From positions 1,128-65,127 of the forward strand of contig PBDW01000007.1 in assembly GCA_002717485.1 (NCBI GenBank): a stretch of 64,000 nucleotides of DNA. Reading direction: 5' to 3'. Source of the stretch: Pelagibacteraceae bacterium (lineage in GTDB: Bacteria > Pseudomonadota > Alphaproteobacteria > HIMB59 > GCA-002718135). This document shows positions 28,749-38,824 of the stretch, in pieces. The translations under genes and the position numbers were made by a program. A model generated the notes under the pieces. The model was not told the DNA's origin. It made no database searches and was given only the letters and a program-made list of their open reading frames with translations. Numbering within the stretch: position 1 is the stretch's first letter; each line of letters starts with the position of its first letter.

Positions 28749-30593
28749 ATGTATGAATTGAGAGACAAGCGCTCAAAAAATGGAGCAGTTTTAAGACTAG
28801 AAATTATGCATGCTTTAACAGAAATGGCGGAACTATTTCTTAATCATGCAAAATCCATACCTTTTTATAAAATTCTTACAAATCATTATGATAAGGATAA
28901 AATTGACCTGTATTTTAAGAAATTTATCTTCAATGAATTTATATATGTATCAAGCACTTTAGCCGCTCATAAATGGCATGTTTCTAATAGTAGTAAATTT
29001 AATAATAACATTTTAAACATCAGTCCTTCTAGATATGATTATTTATTAAAATATATATTTCCTGAAAAGGAGATCGAATGGATTATCAAGAGAAATATTA
29101 AAGATTATTTATATAGTTTTATAAACTGGATAAAAGATTTTATTAAAACTAAATTAGACTTAAATACTAATAGTAAATATTATTATTCTAATCAAATTCA
29201 TGATGATTCTGATATCCTATTTTCTATTCAATATAGTGAAGGATTGGATCTAGATAAAAGATCAGATATATTTTGGTTTCCAAATTCAGAAATACAGCCA
29301 AAAAATGTAATTGTTTATTTTGAAAGTGAAGGGCTTCTAAATTCAAAAGAAAATTATAATCAAGCTATTGCTCGCATAAAGAAATATGGTTTTAAATACG
29401 TATCCTTATTTTATAAAAAAAAATATAAAGATATATTTAAAGAAAAATACAGATCTAATAAATCTTTCAATAATAAAATATTTTCAGAACTTAAATCAAT
29501 AAAGCCAAAAAATATGTTTGAAAAATTTTTATATATACAATCAATACAGATGGTTAATAAAATAAATAAATGGTATAATTTCTTTAAGACTCATAATATC
29601 AAGTTGCATTATGAACCCACAGAAGCTGGCTTGGATCATATTATTAAAAATATAGCATTAGATTTATGTGATGGATTATCTATAGCTCGAGAGAGAACTT
29701 TTATGTTTGCGTCATATTTTGATTACTATGCACATTTTAGCAGCCACGTACATTTTACATGGGGCCGTATGACATCCGAGGGTTACAAACAGACAAATAA
29801 TATAAAAAAAGTTGTTCTCATGTCTGGTTATCCGTATGGCTACCATTCAAATGATCAAGTTAATAAAATAAAAGAAATAAAACAAAAATTAGAATCAAAT
29901 GGAGCGAAAAAAATTATTTTACTCTTGGACGACTCTCATGATTTTGGGACATCTCTGTATCGTTTCAGCAGAGTTTATACTCCAGTTATGGTTAATTTTT
30001 ATAATACCTTTCTTAATTTTGTAATCGCAAACCATAACATCGGCTTAATTATAAAGCCTAAAAAATATAAGGATTTAAAAAATCTTCAAAATGTTCAAAA
30101 ATTACTTAAAAAAGCTATTAATACGGGAAGATGCTATGTATCGCCTAATCCTTTGGGCCTAAAGCCTATAGATTTTTCAAGAATATCAGATTTTGTAGTG
30201 GCAACTGGACCTAACTTATCAGGCTCGCTTATGGAATCGGTGTTAACTGGAACAAAAGGTGTATATTATGATTATCCAAACAGGAAGCCTATAAAACCAG
30301 ATTTTTACAAAGAAAATGAGAATAAAATTATATTTATAGATTTTGATAAATTAGTATTAGAATTTAAAGAATTTATTAATTCTAAAGATAATTCATCATT
30401 TGGTGATTGGGACGCTATAATAAAAGATATTGATCCATTTATGGATGAAAAGGGCGGAGAAAGAATTGGAAGATATATTAATTATATGTTGCAGGGGTAT
30501 AAAATGGGATTAAACAGTAAGGAGAATCTGGAAAAAGCAAATAATTATTATGCAAAGATTTGGGGAAGGGACAAGGTTATTTTATATGCTTAA
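28749..30593 (+). CDS. Hypothetical surface-carbohydrate GT-B protein
   Basis: FTWG, SGYP, IIKPK, SGSLMES, DPF.D..G..R; genomic context. Confidence 0.5.
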   Translation: MYELRDKRSKNGAVLRLEIMHALTEMAELFLNHAKSIPFYKILTNHYDKDKIDLYFKKFIFNEFIYVSSTLAAHKWHVSNSSKFNNNILNISPSRYDYLLKYIFPEKEIEWIIKRNIKDYLYSFINWIKDFIKTKLDLNTNSKYYYSNQIHDDSDILFSIQYSEGLDLDKRSDIFWFPNSEIQPKNVIVYFESEGLLNSKENYNQAIARIKKYGFKYVSLFYKKKYKDIFKEKYRSNKSFNNKIFSELKSIKPKNMFEKFLYIQSIQMVNKINKWYNFFKTHNIKLHYEPTEAGLDHIIKNIALDLCDGLSIARERTFMFASYFDYYAHFSSHVHFTWGRMTSEGYKQTNNIKKVVLMSGYPYGYHSNDQVNKIKEIKQKLESNGAKKIILLLDDSHDFGTSLYRFSRVYTPVMVNFYNTFLNFVIANHNIGLIIKPKKYKDLKNLQNVQKLLKKAINTGRCYVSPNPLGLKPIDFSRISDFVVATGPNLSGSLMESVLTGTKGVYYDYPNRKPIKPDFYKENENKIIFIDFDKLVLEFKEFINSKDNSSFGDWDAIIKDIDPFMDEKGGERIGRYINYMLQGYKMGLNSKENLEKANNYYAKIWGRDKVILYA

Positions 30594-30618
30594 GAATAGA
30601 TCTATTTAAAAATTAATT

Positions 30619-31794
30619 ATGGAAATTATAGTAATTGGTACAGGAATGTATGTTTTAGGAAGTAATAAAAATGAATATGGGACGATATTGCCTGCCATCA
30701 TTGAATTTAAGAGACAATACCCAGAACTTAAAAGAATAAAATTCGTTGGGACTAATTCAATCCGTACTGAGAATGCAAAAAAAAGGGCTAAACAAATTAT
30801 TAAAATGTCGGGCATATCGCTTAAAGTTGATTTTTATCCAAAAAATGGAAAAAATAATAATTTAGCTTACAGGGAAGTATTATCTAAAACATCTAACACA
30901 TTGTGCGCAATAGTTGCAGTCCCAGATCATTTACATTTTAAAATTGTAAAAGATTGCTTAAATTCAGGACTACACACATTGGTAGTAAAGCCGTTAACAC
31001 CTACTGTTAAGGAAGCAACTGAATTAACGCATCTTGCTAAAAAAAATGGATTATATGGAGTTGTTGAATTTCATAAACGTTTTGATAAACAAAATATAAT
31101 GTTAAAAAATATTTTTAACAGCGGGAAATTGGGACAGCCCCTCTATTCGTTGGTTGAGTATAGTCAGAAAAAAATAATACCAACTTATATTTTTAAATCT
31201 TGGGTAAATAAAACAAGTATATTACAGTATCTTGGAATACATTATATTGATTTGATGCATTATATAACTGACGCAATGCCTGATAAGGTTATGGCAGTTG
31301 GTCAGAAGTTGTGGCTTAAAAAATTAGACATAGATGTTTTTGATTCTATACAATGTATGATTAAATGGAAGTTAAGAGGTGGCATCTCTTTTAACCAAAC
31401 TTTACTTGTTAATTGGATAGATCCGAACACCAATTCATCTATGTCTGATCAAAAAATTAAGTTTATTGGCACTAAAGGAAGATTTGAGGGAGATCAAAAA
31501 AATAGGGGAATTAGGATTGTGACAGATGATAAAGGTATAGAAGAACCAAACCCTGACTTTTGCTACCCTTATGAAAGTAATAATAATTTAATATGGAGAG
31601 GTTATGGCATTGAGAGTGTCTCGACTTTTTTACAAGATGTTGTAGATATAAAAAATAATAAGACAAGTATAAAGAATTTAGAAAAAATAAGACCAACTTT
31701 CAAAAGCAGCATACTATCAACTGCAGTAATTGAATATGCCCATCAAAGTCTTTCCAACGGTTCAGTTTGGAAAAAAATAAAATTAAATAAATAA
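30619..31794 (+). CDS. Gfo/Idh/MocA oxidoreductase
   Basis: IGTGMY, VAVPDHLH, VVKPL, EFHKRFD, GIHYID. Confidence 0.88.
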   Translation: MEIIVIGTGMYVLGSNKNEYGTILPAIIEFKRQYPELKRIKFVGTNSIRTENAKKRAKQIIKMSGISLKVDFYPKNGKNNNLAYREVLSKTSNTLCAIVAVPDHLHFKIVKDCLNSGLHTLVVKPLTPTVKEATELTHLAKKNGLYGVVEFHKRFDKQNIMLKNIFNSGKLGQPLYSLVEYSQKKIIPTYIFKSWVNKTSILQYLGIHYIDLMHYITDAMPDKVMAVGQKLWLKKLDIDVFDSIQCMIKWKLRGGISFNQTLLVNWIDPNTNSSMSDQKIKFIGTKGRFEGDQKNRGIRIVTDDKGIEEPNPDFCYPYESNNNLIWRGYGIESVSTFLQDVVDIKNNKTSIKNLEKIRPTFKSSILSTAVIEYAHQSLSNGSVWKKIKLNK

Positions 31795-31808
31795 TAAAAA
31801 ACATTAAA

Positions 31809-32831
31809 ATGAAGGAAGATTTTGACTGGGATTTCGCAGATAAATTAGATTATAAAATAAGGCCTATTATTGACTTCGCTAATTTAAAGGGGAATCTTTT
31901 TGCCCCTGTAAAAGAATACTTAGACTATTCAGGATGGGTAAATTTTTTGAAAAATAGAAGTTACGGAATACCAATAATGTTACCAGATAAATTGAGTATG
32001 TTTAATTATCCAGATAATAGCGTTGATTCAAAAAGTTTTGACTTAAATATTAAAGATATTTCTAAGGGTATTTTTAACACAAATCGAATTGACTATATTG
32101 GTGTTAAAATATTTGCAGAGAATGGATTAAGTTTTAAGTCATCAGGAGATCCAAAAAAAGAAATTATACCTTTTATAAATAATGTCCAAAAATTTAATAA
32201 TAATACAAAAAAGTTGATAGAAAAAATTAAATTATCAAACAAAACGATCGCTGCATTCCAATGCAGAAATGTTCCACACTTTGGACATCAGGCTATAGTT
32301 GAATCATTAATGTCGAAAGCTGATGTAGTTGTAATAAACCCAATTTTGGGCCCAAAAAAACCTGGAGATATTAAACCAGATTGCCTTAGGGCAACCTGGC
32401 AATACTTAATAAAAAATTATTATGGTGAAAAAGTAAAATTTTGGCCCGTGATTGCAAATATGTTCTATGCTGGCCCAAGAGAAGCTGCACATCACGCAAT
32501 AATTAGATCAAATCTGGGTTTTAACTATTTTAGTGTTGGTAGAGATCATGCTGGAGCTGAAAATATATATCAAGATGAAGAAGCTTCAATTTTTGTTATA
32601 AATCATGAAAGAAAGTTTAATATTAAAATAATTGCTAATCGGGGGGCGTATTTTTGTAGTTCTTGCAAAAAGGCTGTAATACGAGGGGCTTGTCCTCATA
32701 AAGAAGAAGGTTTAGAAGATATCTCAGGTTCAGATTTTAGAAAACACATTGAAAATAAAAAAATATATAAATTTGCAGATAAAAACTTGCAAGAATTTGT
32801 ATTTGAAATGAAAGGATCAATCTTTGAATAA
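31809..32831 (+). CDS. sat: Sulfate adenylyltransferase (ATP sulfurylase) with a divergent N-terminus
   Basis: AFQCRNVPHFGH, KKPGD, YAGPREA..HA..R.N.G, VGRDHAG, CxxC..CPH, ISGS. Confidence 0.88.
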   Translation: MKEDFDWDFADKLDYKIRPIIDFANLKGNLFAPVKEYLDYSGWVNFLKNRSYGIPIMLPDKLSMFNYPDNSVDSKSFDLNIKDISKGIFNTNRIDYIGVKIFAENGLSFKSSGDPKKEIIPFINNVQKFNNNTKKLIEKIKLSNKTIAAFQCRNVPHFGHQAIVESLMSKADVVVINPILGPKKPGDIKPDCLRATWQYLIKNYYGEKVKFWPVIANMFYAGPREAAHHAIIRSNLGFNYFSVGRDHAGAENIYQDEEASIFVINHERKFNIKIIANRGAYFCSSCKKAVIRGACPHKEEGLEDISGSDFRKHIENKKIYKFADKNLQEFVFEMKGSIFE

Positions 32832-34221
32832 CAATTTAATTTCACCAGTCATTGCTACAATTGGACCCGCAACCGAGGAAAGAAAAAATTTAGTAACTTT
32901 ACTTAAGCTATGCGATATCGTCAGGATAAACGGAGGTCACAATACTTTATCTTGGCACAAAAATGTGTCTAGTAATGTTAAAAAAATAGATTCAACTAAG
33001 GTGATATTAATTGATGTTCCCGGAATCAAACCTAGAACATTGAATAAAAAACCTATTATAATTAAAAAGGGAGAAAAAATTATTTTTTGCGGAAAGGAAA
33101 AAAAATTATCTAAATCAAATTATAAAATTGTTAAGTTATCAAATCCTCTGCCAAAAAATTATAAAAAAAATAAACATTTTTCAATTTCCGACGGTCAATT
33201 TTCCTTCTCTTTAATTAAATATGGTAAAAACTATGTTATAGGTAAGTCTAAAGTTAATTTTATATTATTACCCAACAAAGGATTAAATATTCCCGGATCT
33301 TTTTATGACGAAAATTATCAACTTAAAGTTTATAAAAATTTTCTTAAAAAGATAAATAATTTTAAATTTGATGCATTAGGAATAAGCTATGTGCAATCGG
33401 AAAAAATCATTAATAAAATAAGAAAAATATTTCCAAGTAAAATCATAGTTTCAAAGATTGAAAACTCCCTAGGATTGCATAATTCCTTAGAGATCATAAA
33501 ATCATCTGATGCAATTATGATAGATAGAGGAGACTTGGCTGCTGAAGCTGGTGAGCAAAACTTATTTAACGATGTAGTTCGTGTATCAAAACAAGTTAAG
33601 TACTTAGGTAGGCCATTAATAATAGCAACAGAGAATTTAGAATCTATGATAGAAAAAGTAGCTCCGACTAAAAGCGAAATTATGTCACTAGGATTAAATA
33701 CCTTATTAGGTGCAGATAAAATAATGTTGAGTGACGAAACTGCAACCTCTACAAATTGGAAAAATACAATTAATTGGGTTAACAAGTTTTATAATTTCAC
33801 AAATATTGATAGTTCTACTATGAAAAATTCATTTACCAGAACAGGTATAGATGAGAATCATAGCAACTTATGCATTTGGGACGCAATTGAAACCTTAAAT
33901 CATCTACCTTTTGTTATTGCTACTAAATCTGGGGCTGCAATATATGAATTAAAAAAAAGAATAAACGGCAACAGAATATTCGTTTTTACAGATAGTATTA
34001 GAACTTACAATTTGTGTCGATTTTGGAACGGAATAACTGCTAATATTGTGCAAAAAATGTTAAAAAAAGAAGGTGGCAAACAAATTTTAGGTATTGTTAA
34101 GCAACACTCTAATTTATTGTTTACCAGCAATTCAGCAATAGCAACTGTATTTGTTCTGAACCCAAGAAAAGGTGCAAGGGCAAATGCACTATACATTGTG
34201 ACAAAAAAAGATTTAAAATAA
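32824..34221 (+). CDS. Pyruvate kinase-like protein with altered active-site motifs
   Basis: ATIGPAT, RINGGH, D.PG.K.R, SKIEN, IMIDRGDL, ATENLESM, PTKSE, MLSDETA; TTG start overlapping sat. Confidence 0.85.
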   Translation: MNNNLISPVIATIGPATEERKNLVTLLKLCDIVRINGGHNTLSWHKNVSSNVKKIDSTKVILIDVPGIKPRTLNKKPIIIKKGEKIIFCGKEKKLSKSNYKIVKLSNPLPKNYKKNKHFSISDGQFSFSLIKYGKNYVIGKSKVNFILLPNKGLNIPGSFYDENYQLKVYKNFLKKINNFKFDALGISYVQSEKIINKIRKIFPSKIIVSKIENSLGLHNSLEIIKSSDAIMIDRGDLAAEAGEQNLFNDVVRVSKQVKYLGRPLIIATENLESMIEKVAPTKSEIMSLGLNTLLGADKIMLSDETATSTNWKNTINWVNKFYNFTNIDSSTMKNSFTRTGIDENHSNLCIWDAIETLNHLPFVIATKSGAAIYELKKRINGNRIFVFTDSIRTYNLCRFWNGITANIVQKMLKKEGGKQILGIVKQHSNLLFTSNSAIATVFVLNPRKGARANALYIVTKKDLK

Positions 34222-34240
34222 CAAATTAGAATTAAACAAT

Positions 34241-34774
34241 ATGGTAATCTGGCTTACAGGCTTATCTGGTTCAGGTAAAACGACAATAGCTAATAGTTTT
34301 TTAAAAAAAATTAAAAGCTATAAAATAAAATTTATATTGATTGATGGCGATATTATAAGGAATTTATTCTCTAAAGAATTAAGTTTTCAAAAAAAAGATA
34401 GGATAAAACAAATACAAAAAATCCAGCTCTTATCTAAATTTTTATCTGATCAAGGATTTAACGTTATTGTGGCTGCATTATATTCAAATAAAAACTTAAT
34501 GAAATGGAATAAAAAAAATTTAAAGGATTACGTCGAAGTTTATGTAAAGGCTCCATTAGAATTATTGATTAAAAGAGATACAAAAGGTTTGTATGCGGAT
34601 GTAATCAATAAAAAAATGAAACATATGGTTGGTATTGATATTAAATGGATTCCTCCAAAAAATCCACATTTAACTATAAGTCAAAAAATTGATTCAAATC
34701 CTGAAAGTTGTTCTTTAAAAATAGTAAATTTTTTAAAAACAAGAAAGAAATATAAGACTTTATTTAAAAAATAA
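34241..34774 (+). CDS. cysC: Adenylylsulfate kinase family protein
   Basis: WLTGLSGSGKT, DGD..R, EVYV, RDTKGLY, GID. Confidence 0.8.
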   Translation: MVIWLTGLSGSGKTTIANSFLKKIKSYKIKFILIDGDIIRNLFSKELSFQKKDRIKQIQKIQLLSKFLSDQGFNVIVAALYSNKNLMKWNKKNLKDYVEVYVKAPLELLIKRDTKGLYADVINKKMKHMVGIDIKWIPPKNPHLTISQKIDSNPESCSLKIVNFLKTRKKYKTLFKK

Positions 34775-34780
34775 AAATTA

Positions 34781-36031
34781 ATGAAAAAAATCCAAATTTT
34801 ATGCCTTGTGACAATTTCAAGAGCAGGATCTAAGCTGCTTCATAGCTTACTAGATTCCCATAAAAATATAATTTGTTTTCCAAGAACTTTTAATTTTTAT
34901 AATTTCTGGAATCAAAATCATCATTTAATTAATCAACCAAATCTTCTGATTGATCAATTTATTAAAGATAATAAAAGATTTTTTAATAGGGAAATTTGGG
35001 GCGAATATAATCCATTAGATAAAATGAACGATAAAAGGGAAAATTTTAATTTTTCAACTCAAAAGTTTAAAAAATTATTTTTAAATCAATTTAATAAAAA
35101 AAGAAAAATAGGTAAAAGAAAAAATTTGTTCTTAAGTTTACATCTGGCATATGCAAATCTTCTCAATAAAAATTTAAATGAAAAAAATATTATATTATAT
35201 CATTTGCACGCTATTTATGGACAGGAAGAAGCTTTAAAGCAAATTGTTAATGATTTTGATGCAAACGTTAAATTTATTATGATGACAAGAAATCCAATAG
35301 ATTCAATGAGATCAATATCTAATTGGATGGATAAAGTCTCTTTTAAAAATATATATGATATTTTTTATTATCAGAGCTGCTGTTTTGCTGATTCACAATT
35401 CTTAAAAAATTCATTTAAAAAAAATTACATTAAAGTTATAACATTTGAATCCTTGCATAAAAATTCTAAGGATGTAATGAAAGCTCTCTCTAAATGGATG
35501 GAAATCAAATGGAGCAATAATTTATTAAAAAGTACTTTTTGTGGAAAAATATGGACAGGTAATTCGCATAAAATTCTAAAAGGTTTAAATAAAAATAAAA
35601 TTAAAAAAATTAATCCTAATAATTTTTTTGAAAAAAATGATCAAATAATTTATCAATCAATATTTCCATATCGAATGAAATTATATGGTTATTACAATAA
35701 TTTATTACCACTTACATATTCAAGAATTATTTTATTTATAAGAGTATTGATACCAACAAATTCGGAAATTTCTATGCTCCAATCTTTTTTTAGTATTAAA
35801 TATTTATATTCAATATATCTGTACCATAAAAATCTTCATAAATTTAAGCATAATCATATGTTAAAAAATAGATATATGTTTAATAATATTTATTATATTT
35901 GTTTTATTTCTTATTGTGAAAATTTATTTAAGTATTTGTTTTTTTATTTAAAAAGAATAATTACATATTTTAGAGTTATAAAAAATAAAATACCTGACTA
36001 TAAAAAAGATATAGTTTTTACTATTTATTAA
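34781..36031 (+). CDS. Sulfotransferase family protein
   Basis: 5'-PSB-like SRAGSKLLHSLLDSH, 3'-PB-like RNPIDSMRS, ITFESL. Confidence 0.75.
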   Translation: MKKIQILCLVTISRAGSKLLHSLLDSHKNIICFPRTFNFYNFWNQNHHLINQPNLLIDQFIKDNKRFFNREIWGEYNPLDKMNDKRENFNFSTQKFKKLFLNQFNKKRKIGKRKNLFLSLHLAYANLLNKNLNEKNIILYHLHAIYGQEEALKQIVNDFDANVKFIMMTRNPIDSMRSISNWMDKVSFKNIYDIFYYQSCCFADSQFLKNSFKKNYIKVITFESLHKNSKDVMKALSKWMEIKWSNNLLKSTFCGKIWTGNSHKILKGLNKNKIKKINPNNFFEKNDQIIYQSIFPYRMKLYGYYNNLLPLTYSRIILFIRVLIPTNSEISMLQSFFSIKYLYSIYLYHKNLHKFKHNHMLKNRYMFNNIYYICFISYCENLFKYLFFYLKRIITYFRVIKNKIPDYKKDIVFTIY

Positions 36032-36036
36032 ATATT

Positions 36037-36783
36037 ATGAAAAAAAATATAATAGCTATGATCCCGGCCAGAATAGGAAGCAAGAGATTAAAGGTAAAAA
36101 ATTTGGCGATCTTAAACAACCAACCTTTGATATATTATGCTGTTGAAGCAGCAAAAAAATCGGCAGTATTTAATAAAATTGTTATAAATTCAGACCATAT
36201 AATATTTAAAAAAATAGCTGATAGGTTAAATGTTGATTTTTATCTAAGACCGAAGAATCTTGGATCATCTGCAACCAAGAGTGATGATGTTATAGCCAAT
36301 TTTATAAAAAATTATCCAAAAGCAGAAATAGTAGCTTGGGTCAATTCCATAGCCCCACTTCAACAACCAAATGAAATTAAATCAATACTTAGGCATTTTA
36401 TAAAAAATAAACTTGATTCTTTGATTACCGTTGAGGATAAAAATGTTCATTCAATATTTAATGATAAACCTATTAATTTTAACTTTAAAGAATCTTTTGC
36501 GCGTACTCAGGATTTGAATCCAGTAAAATTATTTGTTTACTCATTAATGGTGTGGAATTCAAATAAATTTATTGAAGAATATAACAAAACTGGCGGGGCT
36601 ATTTTTTGTGGTAAATTTAAAACTTTTTCAATTAGTAAACTTAATTCACTTATTATTAAAACTAAAGAAGATTTGTTATTGGCAGAAGCAATCATTAAAA
36701 ATAGAAATTTTTCAAAAAAAACAAATAATATTAAGTACGATAGAGTATTTAATCTGATTAATAAGCAAAATGATAAAAAATAA
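36037..36783 (+). CDS. NeuA-type acylneuraminate cytidylyltransferase
   Basis: MIPARIGSKRLKVKNL, INSD, RP..LG, RTQDL. Confidence 0.88.
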   Translation: MKKNIIAMIPARIGSKRLKVKNLAILNNQPLIYYAVEAAKKSAVFNKIVINSDHIIFKKIADRLNVDFYLRPKNLGSSATKSDDVIANFIKNYPKAEIVAWVNSIAPLQQPNEIKSILRHFIKNKLDSLITVEDKNVHSIFNDKPINFNFKESFARTQDLNPVKLFVYSLMVWNSNKFIEEYNKTGGAIFCGKFKTFSISKLNSLIIKTKEDLLLAEAIIKNRNFSKKTNNIKYDRVFNLINKQNDKK

Positions 36784-37774
36784 GAAGTTACTATCTAAAC
36801 GATATTCAAAAAATTTTATAACAAACAAAATTAACAACAATAAAATATCAAAAGATGTTAAAAATCTTAAAACAGTTTCATATGAATCGTGTCCTCAGTG
36901 CGGACACAATGAAGCCTCTACGGTATCGGAAGTAGATCGAACTGGTTTTTTTTGTGATACGGTAATCTGTAATAATTGCGAATTAGTTTTTAATGATTCT
37001 TATCTTTCAGATGAAAACAACTATTATAAAGAACTATGGGGAAAAGATCGCTGGGGCGTTGCTGAAAAGAGTTTTATTAATAGAACAAATCCTGATGCAT
37101 TTTCTTGGAAAAGATTTGCATATGTTTTAAGTAAAATAGAAGAAAAATTTTATAAAATAAAAAGTGTTATGGAAATTGGTTGCGGAGATGGATGTAACCT
37201 ATTCCCATATCACCTTGCTGGTAAAAAAGTAACAGGATTTGATTTTGATGAAACGTATTTAAGTCCAGGAAGAAAAAAGGGCATGAATCTTATTAATGGA
37301 AATTTTTCCGATTCAAATGATAAATATGATTTAGTTATGTTAATTCATACATTTGAGCATATGCAAAATCTAGATGAAGTTGTTAAAAATGTTTTTAATA
37401 CATTGAATGAAGAAGGATATGTTTACGTCGAAGTTCCTGGAATTAGAAATTGGAATATGACATCAAAGAATAGTTTAATATGTGATGGCTTTATGAGTAG
37501 CAATAACTTTTTATCTTATATTCAATACCAACATAATTTTCACTTTGACTTTGAGCATTTATTAACTTTTTGGCAAAGAAATGGATTCCAATTCGTTTAC
37601 GGTGACGAATGGGCTAGACTTATACTACAAAAAGGAACAAATAAATTTAAAAAATTTGAATCTAAAACTAATATATTTGATTATTTAAAAAAAGTTGAAA
37701 ATGATTTTACTTCTATTTCTAATATAAGTTTAAAATTAATGAAAAAAATATATAAATTCTTTTATAATAAATGA
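36770..37774 (+). CDS. Class I SAM methyltransferase with N-terminal Zn ribbon
   Basis: CPQC..CNNC, EIGCGDG, YDLV...HTFEH, YVEVP. Confidence 0.88.
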   Translation: MIKNKKLLSKRYSKNFITNKINNNKISKDVKNLKTVSYESCPQCGHNEASTVSEVDRTGFFCDTVICNNCELVFNDSYLSDENNYYKELWGKDRWGVAEKSFINRTNPDAFSWKRFAYVLSKIEEKFYKIKSVMEIGCGDGCNLFPYHLAGKKVTGFDFDETYLSPGRKKGMNLINGNFSDSNDKYDLVMLIHTFEHMQNLDEVVKNVFNTLNEEGYVYVEVPGIRNWNMTSKNSLICDGFMSSNNFLSYIQYQHNFHFDFEHLLTFWQRNGFQFVYGDEWARLILQKGTNKFKKFESKTNIFDYLKKVENDFTSISNISLKLMKKIYKFFYNK

Positions 37775-38817
37775 ATTTAATAACTTATAAAAACTTATTA
37801 AATTTTACTAAGAAAATTCTTAAAGAAACTGGTTTAGATTCTAAAAGTGTTAACTCTGTTTCCTTAGGTCTTTGTGAAGCATCTTTAAGAGGGGTTGATT
37901 CTCATGGAATTAAATTGCTACCGCACTATATAAAATCAGCACAACTTGGAAGAAAGAATCCCACCCCTTCATTTATTTTTACTAAAACATTTCCTTCAGT
38001 TGGCGTACTTGATGCTGATAATGCTTTTGGTCATGCTGCTGGCATAGAAGCTATAGATTGTTGTATCAAACTTGCAAAAAAAAATGGAATTGGAGCAGTA
38101 GCGGTAAGGAATTCCAGTCATCCAGGAGCATTAGCTAGCATGACAATTAAAGCAGCTAGAAAAGGATATATCTCTTTTGCATTTACACATGCAGATTCAT
38201 TAATGTTATCTCACGGAGGCAAGAGATCTTACTTTGGAACTAACCCGATATCGTTTGCAGCACCTAGAAAAGAGAAAGAACCTTATTGTTTGGATATGGC
38301 AACAAGTATGATTTCATGGAACAAACTATTAAATCTAAAAAATACTAAACAAAATTTAGAGAAAAATTTATCGGCTGATAAAGATGGAAATATGGTATCG
38401 GATCCTGAATTAGCAGTTTCTTTACTTCCAGCAGGGTCATATAAAGGGTATGGCCTAGCTTCTATGGTTGAAATATTGTCTGGAATATTAACAGGTATGA
38501 ATTTTGGTCGTTCAATCCCAAGTATGTATGCAGCTTCAATGAGAAAGCCTCGCCATCTTGGTCAATTTTATATTGTAATAAGACCCGATGCTTTTTTGAA
38601 TTCAAATAAATTTATTTCTAGAATGCAAAAACTTACAGATGAAATAAGAAAAGAGCCTGCAAAAAAAGGAAAAAAAGTTATGCTTCCAAACGATCCTGAA
38701 ATAATTGCCTCAAAAGAAAGATTAAAAAAAGGCATACCAGTTGACAAGGTGCTTAAGATTGAATTAGAAAAATTAGCAAGAATCTTTTCAGTAAAATTAA
38801 TCTTCAAAAAAAAATAA
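37771..38817 (+). CDS. Ldh2-family oxidoreductase (malate/L-lactate/L-sulfolactate/ureidoglycolate dehydrogenase family)
   Basis: LRGVDSHG, DA.NAFG, NSSH.G, GTNPI, LDMATS, GSYKGYGL. Confidence 0.9.
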   Translation: MNLITYKNLLNFTKKILKETGLDSKSVNSVSLGLCEASLRGVDSHGIKLLPHYIKSAQLGRKNPTPSFIFTKTFPSVGVLDADNAFGHAAGIEAIDCCIKLAKKNGIGAVAVRNSSHPGALASMTIKAARKGYISFAFTHADSLMLSHGGKRSYFGTNPISFAAPRKEKEPYCLDMATSMISWNKLLNLKNTKQNLEKNLSADKDGNMVSDPELAVSLLPAGSYKGYGLASMVEILSGILTGMNFGRSIPSMYAASMRKPRHLGQFYIVIRPDAFLNSNKFISRMQKLTDEIRKEPAKKGKKVMLPNDPEIIASKERLKKGIPVDKVLKIELEKLARIFSVKLIFKKK

Positions 38818-38824
38818 ATATATA

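Noticed and set aside
31809-34774. Assimilatory sulfate reduction operon
   Set aside because: No cysH/cysIJ in the window; the adjacent sulfotransferase points to use as a sulfo donor.
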